A DNA stretch of 64,000 nt from a virus (taxonomy: Duplodnaviria; Caudoviricetes), in IMG/VR virus record IMGVR_UViG_2929701070_000001, positions 57,042-121,041 of that record. The stretch is one strand, 5' to 3'. A program made the position numbers and the translations under genes. Under the pieces are notes generated by a model. It did no database searches. It was not told where the DNA came from and saw only the letters and a program-made list of their open reading frames with translations. Positions 17,077 to 26,189 of the stretch are shown piece by piece (the stretch's first letter is position 1; each line of letters opens with the position of its first letter).

Positions 17077-20000
17077 GTGGCGCAGCGGGTCGGGTACGAG
17101 GCGGGCACCGCGTGGTTGCAGGTCCTTCCTTCATTCGAGGACATCGATGCGGAGATTAAGAAGGGTCTCCGTAAGGCCGTCGATGAGCTGAACAAGGGCT
17201 TGTCCGACGCCCTGCCCGACGGTGTGAAGGCCAGCGCGAAGGCCACCGAGCGGGCCGCCGCGCAGGTCGGCGAGTCTGCCGGTGAGGTGGCGGGGGAGAA
17301 GGCTGGGGAGAAGTTCGCCGGCCATTTCGCCGACACGCTGAACCGGCGGCTGCGCAACGCGTTCCGGGCGCTGCCCGAGGTGATCATCGACGCGGATTCG
17401 TCGGAGTTCGACAGGGCTGTGGCGAAGGTCCGCAAGGACATCGAGACGCTGCGCGGCAAGAAGATCGGCGTCGACATCACCCCGGCGCAGGCCATCGATG
17501 AGTCGCGGGGCTTGTCGGATCGGCTGCGGGGTTTGCGTGCCCAGGCGCCGGCTGATGACCGTCTGCGGGTGGATCTGTCGCAGGCCGCCGACGAGGTCGA
17601 CGCGTGGGTGGCGGTTGCCCGCGCGGGCGGCGAGGAGTTGGCGCGGGAGGCGAAGCGGGCCGCCGACGAGTGGAACCGCATTCACCAGGCGGCGTTGGAT
17701 GAGAACCTGCGGCGGGAGCGGAAGGCCGTTGAGGAACGTAACCGGCTGCACGCCCACGCCCTTGACGAGGATCTGCGCCGCTCGTACCTGATCGTGCAGG
17801 AGCAGGCCCGCATCCACCAGCAGGCCATCGATGAAGACCAGCGCCGCGACTGGCAGGCGGGTGTGGCCCGCCGCAAGCTGCACGAGCAGGCGCTGGAGGA
17901 GGATCTGCGCCGCGACTGGCAGGCGCAGCAGGCGTTCGGGAAGCTGCACGAGCAGGCGATCCGGGAGAACGGCCTGCGGGAAGTCAAGGCCCGCCGGGAG
18001 CTCACGAAGCTGCACGAGCAGGCCATCGCCGAGGACTACCAGCGGCAGCGCAAGGCCGTGCAGGACGCTGCCCGCCTTGCCGAGCAGGAGTTCGGCCGCA
18101 CGTTCGCCGGGAAGATCCAGGCGGACCTGACCCGGGCGTTGCAGGCGCTGCCGGACATCGGTACCCGCCCTGCGCGGGATGCCGCCGAGCAGATGGTCAA
18201 GGAGATCCGCGGCCGGCTGGAGACGCTGCGGGGGCAGCGGCTCGGTATCGACGTGGACGCCGGCAGGGCGCTGGCGGAGATCGCCCAGTTGCAGGCGCAG
18301 CTGGTGAAGCTGGCGAACACCAGCCCCGACGTTGAGGTGAGGGCGGAGACCACGGCGGCGGCTGCCCGCCTGGCGGCGGTGGAACGCATCGCTGACCGGC
18401 TCGACGGACGCAACCTCAACATCGAGATCAACGCGGACGCATCCGCTGTCGACAGCATCGGCAGGGCCGCAAACTTTAGCCTGTCGCGGCTGGAGTCGCT
18501 GACGTTCGTCGGCCTGTCGCTGGGCACCACCCTCATTCCGGCGGCCGGCGCGGTCGCCTCCGCGATCGGGTTCATCGGTACTGCCGCCGTATCGTCGGCG
18601 GCTGGTATCGGTGTGCTCGCGCTCGGCTTCTCCGGCATCGGCGAGGCGGTGAAGGCCCTCAACGGCTACCAGCAGGACGCACAGAAGTCCGCCATCGCTG
18701 TCGCCGCGGCGCAGGACCGTGTCACCTCGGCGACGGAGGCGGTGACGTCGGCGAACATGTCGCTGGCGAACACCCGCGCGTCGGCGGCGTCGGCCGCGCG
18801 GCGGGCGGCGCAGCAGGTCGCCGACGCCGAGCGTGGCGTCGCGGACGCCCGACGTGCCGCCGCGGAGGCGGTGCGGTCCGCTGCCGGCCGGGTGATGGAC
18901 GCCGAGCGGGACCTTGCCCGCGCCAGCGTGGACGCCCGGGAGGCACGGGAGGGGTTGACGCGCGCCTACCGGGACGCCGTCGATGCTCTCGCCGACCTCA
19001 ACTCGTCGGTGAAACGCAACGCCCTCGACCAGCGGCAGGCCACCCTCGACCTCAAGGAGGCGCGGGAGGAACTGAACCGGACGCTGACGAACCCGCGGGC
19101 GACCCGCGAGGAACGTGAGCAGGCGCAGATCACCTACGAGCGTCGTCTCCAGCAGATCGAAGACCTCAAGCGTGAGGGCAAGAACCTTGCCGTGCAGCAG
19201 GCCGACGCCAACAAGAAGGGTGTGCAGGGTTCCGACCAGGTAGTGGCGGCGCGCCGGCGTGTCGCGGACGCGGACCAGCGGGTCGCGGACGCGCAGTCCC
19301 GGCTGGCGGATGCGCAGCAGGCGGTGGTGCGGGCGCAGGTCGACGGCGCCCGCCGGGTCGCCGACGCGCAGCGGCGGGTGTCGGATGCGCACGCGGCGCA
19401 GGCCGACCAGCAGCGGCAGTCGGCGTTCCAGATCGCCCAGGCGCAGCAGGGTGTGGTGGCGGCGCAGCGGCAGCTTCGGCAGGCGTACGACAAGACTGGT
19501 GTGGCCGGCGGCGCCGCCTTGGAGAAGCTGAACGAGGCGATGGCGAATCTGACCCCGACGGGTCGGCGCTTCGCCAGGTTCATCTTCGGGTTGAAGGACG
19601 AGTTCGACGGGCTGCGGGCCACCGCAGCGGACAACCTGCTGCCTGGGGTGCAGTCCTCCATCGAGGATCTTCTGCCGCTTCTGCCCGGCTTCCGCGACTA
19701 CGTGGGGCGGGTCGCGTTCGCGATCGGCGGCATGTTCCAGGAGACCTCCCGGTTCCTGCGGGTCGATCCGACGTGGCGGAAGTTCTTCGGCCACGTTGAC
19801 GGGGAGACCGTGCCGACGCTGGAGCGGCTGTACCGCATCGGCCGGAACACGGCGACGGGGCTGCTCGGCCTGTACATGGCGTTTACCGGCTTCAACGGTG
19901 ACGTCGGTGGCGGGCTGGAACGGCTGACCGAGAACTTCGCCCGGTGGTCGGCGGACCTGGAGAACAACCAGGGCTTCCAGAAGATGCTCGGCTACATCCG

Positions 20001-22314
20001 GGAGAACGGCCCGGCGGTCGTGGACCTGCTCGGCGAGATGGTCGTGTTCGTGGCCCGGTTCGTGCAGGCCGCCGCGCCGATCGGTGCGTTCCTGGTGGGC
20101 ATGTTCGAGAACCTTTTCTCGGTCATCAACTCGTTCCCGATGCCGGTGCTGCAAGGCATCGTCCTGTCCCTGGCGTTGATCGCGGCGGGCATCCTCGCCG
20201 TGAACACCGCTTCCCGTATCGCCGCGCTCACCACCGGCACGTGGTCACGGCTGTCCGGGGTCATCGACACGGTGGGCGGGGCCATGGACCGGGCGCGGGA
20301 CAGGTCGGAGCGGTTCGGCCGCGGCATGTCCCGGGCCAGGTCCGCGGGGCTGACCATGCGGGACGGGCTCGCGTCGGTGGGCACGTTCCTCGCCGGTCCG
20401 TGGGGTGTCGCTCTCGGCGGCGCTGCCTTGGCTGTTGGCTACTTCGCGCAGAAGTCCGCCGAGCAGAAGCAGAAGGTCACGGACCTGGCGGACGCGTTGA
20501 AGCTGCTCGGAGACGCCTACAAGCAGACCCGCAGCGTGTCGTCGTCGGCGGTTCGGGATGTGGTCGCCCAGTCCGAAGAACTCCAGAAGCTGATCAACGA
20601 CTCCAAGTTGTATGGGCTGGCGGTGGAGGACATCGCCCGCGCGGCTGCCGGGGAGCGGGCTGCGCAGAGTGCAGTGATTTCGGCGCTTGAGGCGAAGAAA
20701 GAGGCGTTGCGTCAGGCAACCACAGCGCAGATCGAGAACGGTGCTGAGGCGTCTTTCGCGGTGCACGAGCTCGATCAGCAAGAGGCGGCCATCAACACCC
20801 TCATCGCCGCGTTGGAGAAGCAGTTCGGTCGAACCAACATGGCCACCAACGCGCAGAAGGCGCTCGATCAGGCGCAGCGTTCCTCGGTGGCCGCTGCCAC
20901 ACCGGCGCAGATCGCGCAGGAGAAGGTCGGCGAGGCCATGAAGGTGCTCGCCGACCGCACGGCGACGGCCGCGGACAAGGCCAATGCGTTGAAGATGGCG
21001 CAGGACGCCTTGTCGGGGGCGGCTAAGTCGCAGGTGGAGGCGGAGGAAGCCTATGAGGCGGCCGTCGACAACGTGGCCGGGGCGTTGACGAAGAAGAACA
21101 ACAGCCTCAACAAGGGCACGGCGGCGGGGCGTGCGAACCGGGACGCGGTGCAGGCTCTGCTGGAGTCGTCGGTGGAGATGTACAACGCCGACATCGCCGC
21201 CGGTAAGAGTGTGGAGGAAGCGACCCGGCTGCATGAGTTGCGGGTCAAGGCGCTGCGGGATGAAGCTGCGAAGGTCGGCGCGAACACGGTCGAAACCGAG
21301 AAGCTGATCGCGACGTACGGGAAGATCCCCACGGACATCGAGACGCTGCTCAAGCTGACCGGCAACGTGGAGGTCGACAAGCAGCTCGCCCACATGGCGA
21401 TCCAGCAGAAGGCGTTGGACAAGAACATCTCGTACGCGGAGTCGAAGCGGCTGTACGAGAAGGACAAGCGCCTCGCCATGATGGCCTCCGGTGGCCTGGT
21501 GCACGGTCCGGGCACCTCCACCTCGGATTCCATCCCGGCGATGCTGTCGCGCCGGGAGTTCGTGGAGCCAGCGGCCACAGTCGACTACTACGGCGTCCCG
21601 TTTTTCGAGGCGTTGCGCCGTAGGCGCATCCCGAAGGAGGCGCTGCCGGGGTTCAAGCGCGGCGGCTTGGTGGACTGGCCGTTCAACGTCAACGTTGCTG
21701 ACACGTACATCCCCAAAGCTGACGTGGTGCCAGCGCGGACCGCTGGTGGGATCGGCTCGGCGGACATGATGAAGATCCTCCGCCGGGTGTTCCCAGGTTT
21801 GGCGTTGCTGTCCGGCTATCGGCCGGGCTCGCGCACCAACTCAGGGTCGCTGTCCTATCACGGGCGCATCGCGAAGGACGGCGACAAGGGCCGGGCAGTG
21901 GACGTGCCGCCGCGCATGGACGTGTTCAACTGGCTGACCCGGAACTACCCGGACAGCCGGGAGATCATCTACACGCCGGCGGGTGGGCGGCAGGTGTGGA
22001 ATGGCCGCCCCCACGTTTTCCAGGACCCGTTCGTGCGTCGCACGCACTACAACCACGTGCACTGGGCGTACGACGAGGGCGGCTACCTGCCGCCCGGGGT
22101 GTCCACGGTGTTCAACGGCACAGGCAAGCCGGAGCCGGTGTTCACCGACGGGCAGTGGGCTGATCTCAGCGCGTTGGTTCGCAACAACCACGCCGAGCCC
22201 CGCGGCGGCGAAACACACCACTGGCATTTCAAAGAGGCGGCGTTGGATCACGGCCGGTTGCAGGCGTGGGCCGACCGCCGTGACGCGCTCGCCAGGGCGG
22301 GCCGCAGGTCGTAA
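17077..22314 (+). CDS. tape measure protein with C-terminal putative peptidoglycan peptidase domain
   Basis: 1745 aa, Ala-rich helical, hydrophobic segments; GPGTSTSDSIPAMLS..E; YH..GRAVD..HYNHVH; NGTGKPEPV. Confidence 0.9.
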   Translation: MAQRVGYEAGTAWLQVLPSFEDIDAEIKKGLRKAVDELNKGLSDALPDGVKASAKATERAAAQVGESAGEVAGEKAGEKFAGHFADTLNRRLRNAFRALPEVIIDADSSEFDRAVAKVRKDIETLRGKKIGVDITPAQAIDESRGLSDRLRGLRAQAPADDRLRVDLSQAADEVDAWVAVARAGGEELAREAKRAADEWNRIHQAALDENLRRERKAVEERNRLHAHALDEDLRRSYLIVQEQARIHQQAIDEDQRRDWQAGVARRKLHEQALEEDLRRDWQAQQAFGKLHEQAIRENGLREVKARRELTKLHEQAIAEDYQRQRKAVQDAARLAEQEFGRTFAGKIQADLTRALQALPDIGTRPARDAAEQMVKEIRGRLETLRGQRLGIDVDAGRALAEIAQLQAQLVKLANTSPDVEVRAETTAAAARLAAVERIADRLDGRNLNIEINADASAVDSIGRAANFSLSRLESLTFVGLSLGTTLIPAAGAVASAIGFIGTAAVSSAAGIGVLALGFSGIGEAVKALNGYQQDAQKSAIAVAAAQDRVTSATEAVTSANMSLANTRASAASAARRAAQQVADAERGVADARRAAAEAVRSAAGRVMDAERDLARASVDAREAREGLTRAYRDAVDALADLNSSVKRNALDQRQATLDLKEAREELNRTLTNPRATREEREQAQITYERRLQQIEDLKREGKNLAVQQADANKKGVQGSDQVVAARRRVADADQRVADAQSRLADAQQAVVRAQVDGARRVADAQRRVSDAHAAQADQQRQSAFQIAQAQQGVVAAQRQLRQAYDKTGVAGGAALEKLNEAMANLTPTGRRFARFIFGLKDEFDGLRATAADNLLPGVQSSIEDLLPLLPGFRDYVGRVAFAIGGMFQETSRFLRVDPTWRKFFGHVDGETVPTLERLYRIGRNTATGLLGLYMAFTGFNGDVGGGLERLTENFARWSADLENNQGFQKMLGYIRENGPAVVDLLGEMVVFVARFVQAAAPIGAFLVGMFENLFSVINSFPMPVLQGIVLSLALIAAGILAVNTASRIAALTTGTWSRLSGVIDTVGGAMDRARDRSERFGRGMSRARSAGLTMRDGLASVGTFLAGPWGVALGGAALAVGYFAQKSAEQKQKVTDLADALKLLGDAYKQTRSVSSSAVRDVVAQSEELQKLINDSKLYGLAVEDIARAAAGERAAQSAVISALEAKKEALRQATTAQIENGAEASFAVHELDQQEAAINTLIAALEKQFGRTNMATNAQKALDQAQRSSVAAATPAQIAQEKVGEAMKVLADRTATAADKANALKMAQDALSGAAKSQVEAEEAYEAAVDNVAGALTKKNNSLNKGTAAGRANRDAVQALLESSVEMYNADIAAGKSVEEATRLHELRVKALRDEAAKVGANTVETEKLIATYGKIPTDIETLLKLTGNVEVDKQLAHMAIQQKALDKNISYAESKRLYEKDKRLAMMASGGLVHGPGTSTSDSIPAMLSRREFVEPAATVDYYGVPFFEALRRRRIPKEALPGFKRGGLVDWPFNVNVADTYIPKADVVPARTAGGIGSADMMKILRRVFPGLALLSGYRPGSRTNSGSLSYHGRIAKDGDKGRAVDVPPRMDVFNWLTRNYPDSREIIYTPAGGRQVWNGRPHVFQDPFVRRTHYNHVHWAYDEGGYLPPGVSTVFNGTGKPEPVFTDGQWADLSALVRNNHAEPRGGETHHWHFKEAALDHGRLQAWADRRDALARAGRRS

Positions 22315-22342
22315 ACCGAATAAGGGCTGATGGGGGTGGGGC

Positions 22343-23305
22343 ATGCCGCTCGCAGTTGGTGTTCTCACCCCCACCACCCCGACACCCACCCCCACCGACC
22401 CGGGTCCGATCGTCCCCACCGTCCCCGAGGTGGGGACGATGCGGGCCACGTGGACCGACCCCGACGGTGGTGTGTGGGAGTTGACCGGCCCGCACGAGCT
22501 GCACGGCTGGCTGACCACGCAGGGCATCGGCGGGTGGGGGGCGACACCCCGCACGTTCGTGGTCGACCCGCTGGCTCGTGGTGGGGTGTCGGTGCGGCAC
22601 ATCCGCACCGAGCCGCGGCGCATCACGTGGCCGCTGAACGTGTACGGCAGCACCTATCTGGAGTTCATGACCCGGTACCGGGGTTTGATGCGGGCGTTCA
22701 TGTTGACCGCGCAGACCGGGCGGCCCGGGGTGCTCACCGTGTACTTGCCCGACGGGTCGGGCCGCAGCATCGAAGCGTTCTGTGAGGAAGGCTGGGCGGG
22801 TCAGCCGGGCGAGAACCACACGTTCGCGAACCCGGTGTTGACGCTGCTGTGCCCGGACGGGTATTGGCGTGACATCCAGCCGCGGGTGGTGACCCGCCAG
22901 TACCAGGAGAACACCGGCCCGTTCTTGGCCCCCTACATGCGGGTGTCGTCGGGGCAGGTGCTCGGTGACACCACCATCACCAACCCGGGTGACGTGCCCG
23001 GCTGGCCGCTGTGGACGATCACCGGTCCGGCGACGTCAGTGACCGCCACCAACAACACCACCGGTGCCGCGTTCACCCTCACGTTCACTCTCGCCGTCGG
23101 CGAGCAGGTCACCATCGACACCTCCAGCCACCGGCCCACCGTGCGCGGCCCCGCCGGGCAGAACCTGGTGGGTGCCTTGAACTGGCCGGGCGCTGACCTG
23201 TGGGCGTTGGCGCCGGGCGTCAACAACGTCAACTTCTCGGTCGACGGCGCCGACGCCGGCACCACCATCGAGATGCGCTACCACCCCCGATACGAGGCCG
23301 CATAG
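22343..23305 (+). CDS. distal tail protein (Dit-like)
   Basis: follows tape measure; L.CPD.YW, NPGDV..WP.WTI.GP, L.PG.N. Confidence 0.8.
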   Translation: MPLAVGVLTPTTPTPTPTDPGPIVPTVPEVGTMRATWTDPDGGVWELTGPHELHGWLTTQGIGGWGATPRTFVVDPLARGGVSVRHIRTEPRRITWPLNVYGSTYLEFMTRYRGLMRAFMLTAQTGRPGVLTVYLPDGSGRSIEAFCEEGWAGQPGENHTFANPVLTLLCPDGYWRDIQPRVVTRQYQENTGPFLAPYMRVSSGQVLGDTTITNPGDVPGWPLWTITGPATSVTATNNTTGAAFTLTFTLAVGEQVTIDTSSHRPTVRGPAGQNLVGALNWPGADLWALAPGVNNVNFSVDGADAGTTIEMRYHPRYEAA

Positions 23306-23308
23306 CCG

Positions 23309-24532
23309 ATGACCAGCCCCAACGAACTACCGGCCGGCATTGCCCGGCACCTCACCGACACCGACATCGCCCTCCTCATCACCGACCGGAACCTCAACGT
23401 CGTCGGCGACGTGATCCGCTGCTGGAGAACCGTCGACTGCACGCTGCGACACAACGAGGTCGGATCCGGCCAGTTCACCGCACCCGGCTACCCGTGGATC
23501 CGTAGCCAGGTTGACGCCGGCAACCGGGTGGTGGTGGTCCGCGCCGGCGACATTTTCATGTCCGGGCCGATCGAAGGCTCCCAGGTGGAGCAGTCCGACG
23601 ACGGCGAGAACTCCGGCGTCGGCGTGTTGACGGTCAACTTCTCCGACGACCTGTCGCGCATCGCGGACCGGCTCGTCTACCCCGACCCGACACAAACCCC
23701 GGAAGGGCAGATGGTGGACGCGTGGACGTTCACCGGAGTCGGTGAGCAGGTGCTGCGCACCTTGGTCGACGTAAACGCCGGCCCGAACGCCCGTACTGAG
23801 CGGCGGGTGCCGCAACTGATCCTCGCCAACCCCAACAGTCCGCTGGTGGGGTCGTCGGTGACGGTGTCGTCGCGGCTGGAACCTCTCGCTGAGGTACTGC
23901 GCCGTGTCGCCTTGTCCGCGGGTGGGCTCGGGTTCCGCACCCGCCAGGACCCAAACCAGAACAAGATCCTGTTCGAGGTGTTTCAGCCCCGCGACCTGTC
24001 CGGCACTGTCCGGTTCGGGTTCGGGTTGCAGAACCTGCGGTACCTGAACGTGGCCCGGCAGGCACCCACCGCCTCCACGGTCATCGTCGGCGGGCAAGGC
24101 GACGGCGGCGACCGGATGCTCACGTCCCGCACCAACACGTCAGCGGAATCGTCGTGGGGGCGGGTCGAGACGTACGTGCCGCGGCCCGGCTCCGACCCCG
24201 TCGCCGAACTGCATGAGGCCGCCGACCATGCCCTCGCCGACGGCGCCGAAACGGTCCGGTTACAGACGTCGGCGTGGGACACCCCCGACCAGCGGTACCC
24301 CGACCACTACCGGCTCGGTGACCGCGTGTCCGTGCAGGTCGGCCCCGCCGAGGAAGTGTCCGACCTGGTGCGGCTCGTGCACCTCCAAGCGTGGGACACC
24401 GCCGGCGAGCTCGTCTCCGCGATGGTCGGCACCCAAGACGCGTCCAGCGACCCTGCGTGGCTGCGGCAGATGCGCGGCATCGACCGCCGCCTCGCCTACC
24501 TGGAACGCACCGCCGTTCCCTCGACCGGCTGA
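23309..24532 (+). CDS. minor tail/hub protein (ReqiPepy6 Gp37-like)
   Basis: RHN.VGS, MSGP, R.VYP.P, VGGQG.G..R, Y.LGD.V.V. Confidence 0.75.
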   Translation: MTSPNELPAGIARHLTDTDIALLITDRNLNVVGDVIRCWRTVDCTLRHNEVGSGQFTAPGYPWIRSQVDAGNRVVVVRAGDIFMSGPIEGSQVEQSDDGENSGVGVLTVNFSDDLSRIADRLVYPDPTQTPEGQMVDAWTFTGVGEQVLRTLVDVNAGPNARTERRVPQLILANPNSPLVGSSVTVSSRLEPLAEVLRRVALSAGGLGFRTRQDPNQNKILFEVFQPRDLSGTVRFGFGLQNLRYLNVARQAPTASTVIVGGQGDGGDRMLTSRTNTSAESSWGRVETYVPRPGSDPVAELHEAADHALADGAETVRLQTSAWDTPDQRYPDHYRLGDRVSVQVGPAEEVSDLVRLVHLQAWDTAGELVSAMVGTQDASSDPAWLRQMRGIDRRLAYLERTAVPSTG

Positions 24533-24542
24533 GAGGACCACC

Positions 24543-25463
24543 GTGGCATCCGACTCCTACCCCCGCCCCGGCAACAACTCCGGGATCGTCACCGAGCTGA
24601 TGTACGAGCGGCTGGCGTCCCTCGAAGCAGCCGACGGGGTGCTCGGCCACCCGGGGGACACGGCGCCGGTGTACGCCGACGGGGTGGGCACCCGCACCGT
24701 GCGGGTGCGGGCGAACCGGCGCGCCCGCGTGCGCGGGTTCATGTACGACAGCGGCCCGGAAGACGTCAACGTCCAGCTGCCGGCGAACACGTCCGGCACC
24801 ACCCGCGTCGACCTGATCGTGGCGCGGCTGGACCGTGCCACGTGGCGGGTGCAGGAAACCTACATTCAGGGCACCCCGGGGCAGGGCGCCCCGGCGCCGG
24901 TCCGGCAGGTCACCAGCGGGGTGTACGACCTGCCGCTGGCGAAGGTGACCGTCGCCCACAACGCCACGGCCCTCGCCCCGGGCACCGTCGCGGTGGCCTG
25001 CTGGTACGTCGGCACCGACGGGCAGATCCGCTGCACCCCCGACACCCGGCCGCCGCACGAGGCAGGCCGGGTGGTGTGGGACACCGTCAACGGCTACCTC
25101 GTGTCGACGGGTGGGCGCTGGCTACTCGGCGTGGAGGACTCCGGCCTGACGGCGCTGGCCATGCTCAACAACTTCGCGGCCAACGAGAACCACGTGCAGC
25201 GGCGTAACGGGTGGGCGTTCGCTGACCTGACCTTCCGGCGTCCGACCGCCGGAATGAACGGCGGCACCGCCTACACGATCGCCCGGCTGCCCGACGGGTT
25301 CCGCCCGCCCTTCACCTACCAGACCAACGCGCAGTGCCCGTCGGCGCAGGTCACGGTCACTGTCGCGGTCCGCGAAGACGGATACATCAACGTCAACCCC
25401 GGCGCGGACATCCCAGCGAACCGGGCGGTCGTCCTCGACGCCCTCAACCACCCCGTCGCCTAG
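24543..25463 (+). CDS. minor tail protein
   Basis: N.SG.TR.DL.V.RLD, QGTPG..AP, YD.PLA.V.V; C-terminal LP.GFRP receptor-binding-like domain. Confidence 0.7.
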   Translation: MASDSYPRPGNNSGIVTELMYERLASLEAADGVLGHPGDTAPVYADGVGTRTVRVRANRRARVRGFMYDSGPEDVNVQLPANTSGTTRVDLIVARLDRATWRVQETYIQGTPGQGAPAPVRQVTSGVYDLPLAKVTVAHNATALAPGTVAVACWYVGTDGQIRCTPDTRPPHEAGRVVWDTVNGYLVSTGGRWLLGVEDSGLTALAMLNNFAANENHVQRRNGWAFADLTFRRPTAGMNGGTAYTIARLPDGFRPPFTYQTNAQCPSAQVTVTVAVREDGYINVNPGADIPANRAVVLDALNHPVA

Positions 25464-25482
25464 ACAAGAGGAGTTGCCCACT

Positions 25483-26184
25483 GTGGCGCGCTACATGTTC
25501 GGCGGCGGTATCGCCGACTACACCATGATTCTCGGCGACACCGTCACTGTCGGCGGATTCACCGGTCACCCGGTGGTGGCGGTCGGCGGGCAGCCGGTCA
25601 CCTTCTGGACGGCCGAGGAAGGCGGCTCGCAGCACACCGACCTGCTCGACACCGAGGCGCAGCCGGTCTCGACTGTCCTGTCGGAGGACGGGACGGGTAT
25701 CCGCGCGGTGGGGCAGATCCCCCGGTTCAGCGGTCCCGACGGGATAACCACCATGTGGGCGCAGGCCGGTGACGGCCCTCGCGCTCTGATGGTGACCACC
25801 GACGCGGCGGACGCGACCGGCGACATCGGCACGATCCTGCCGCCGCTGTCGGTGTCCGGGCCGGTGACCACCGGTGTCGGAGTGCACCGCCTGTACAACG
25901 ACACCACCGCCACCCTGCTCATCGCCGGGGTCCGTGCCTCGGTGGGCACCGCCCCAACCGGCGGTTCCGTGATCGTGGACGTCAACCGCAACGGCACCAC
26001 CATCTTCGCCGCCCAGTCGGAACGGCCCACCATCCCCGCCGGCGGCAACACCACCGGCAAGGTCGTGCCCGCCGACGTGACCACGCTCGTACCCGGCGAC
26101 TACCTGACGGTGGACGTGGACCCCGACGGCGGCGGCACCGGCGCGGCCAATCTGGTGGTGCAGATCCTCGTCACGAAGGGCTGA
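25483..26184 (+). CDS. minor tail protein
   Basis: RY.FGG..ADY, FW.A..GG.Q.TDL, F.GPDG...MWA; SD AAGAGGAG. Confidence 0.65.
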   Translation: MARYMFGGGIADYTMILGDTVTVGGFTGHPVVAVGGQPVTFWTAEEGGSQHTDLLDTEAQPVSTVLSEDGTGIRAVGQIPRFSGPDGITTMWAQAGDGPRALMVTTDAADATGDIGTILPPLSVSGPVTTGVGVHRLYNDTTATLLIAGVRASVGTAPTGGSVIVDVNRNGTTIFAAQSERPTIPAGGNTTGKVVPADVTTLVPGDYLTVDVDPDGGGTGAANLVVQILVTKG

Positions 26185-26189
26185 CCCGG

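Noticed and set aside
17131-20154. Long antisense ORFs (also 4947-6788, 10671-12665, 26100-28193, 36018-38141)
   Set aside because: Shadow frames expected at high GC opposite well-supported genes; no recognisable motifs
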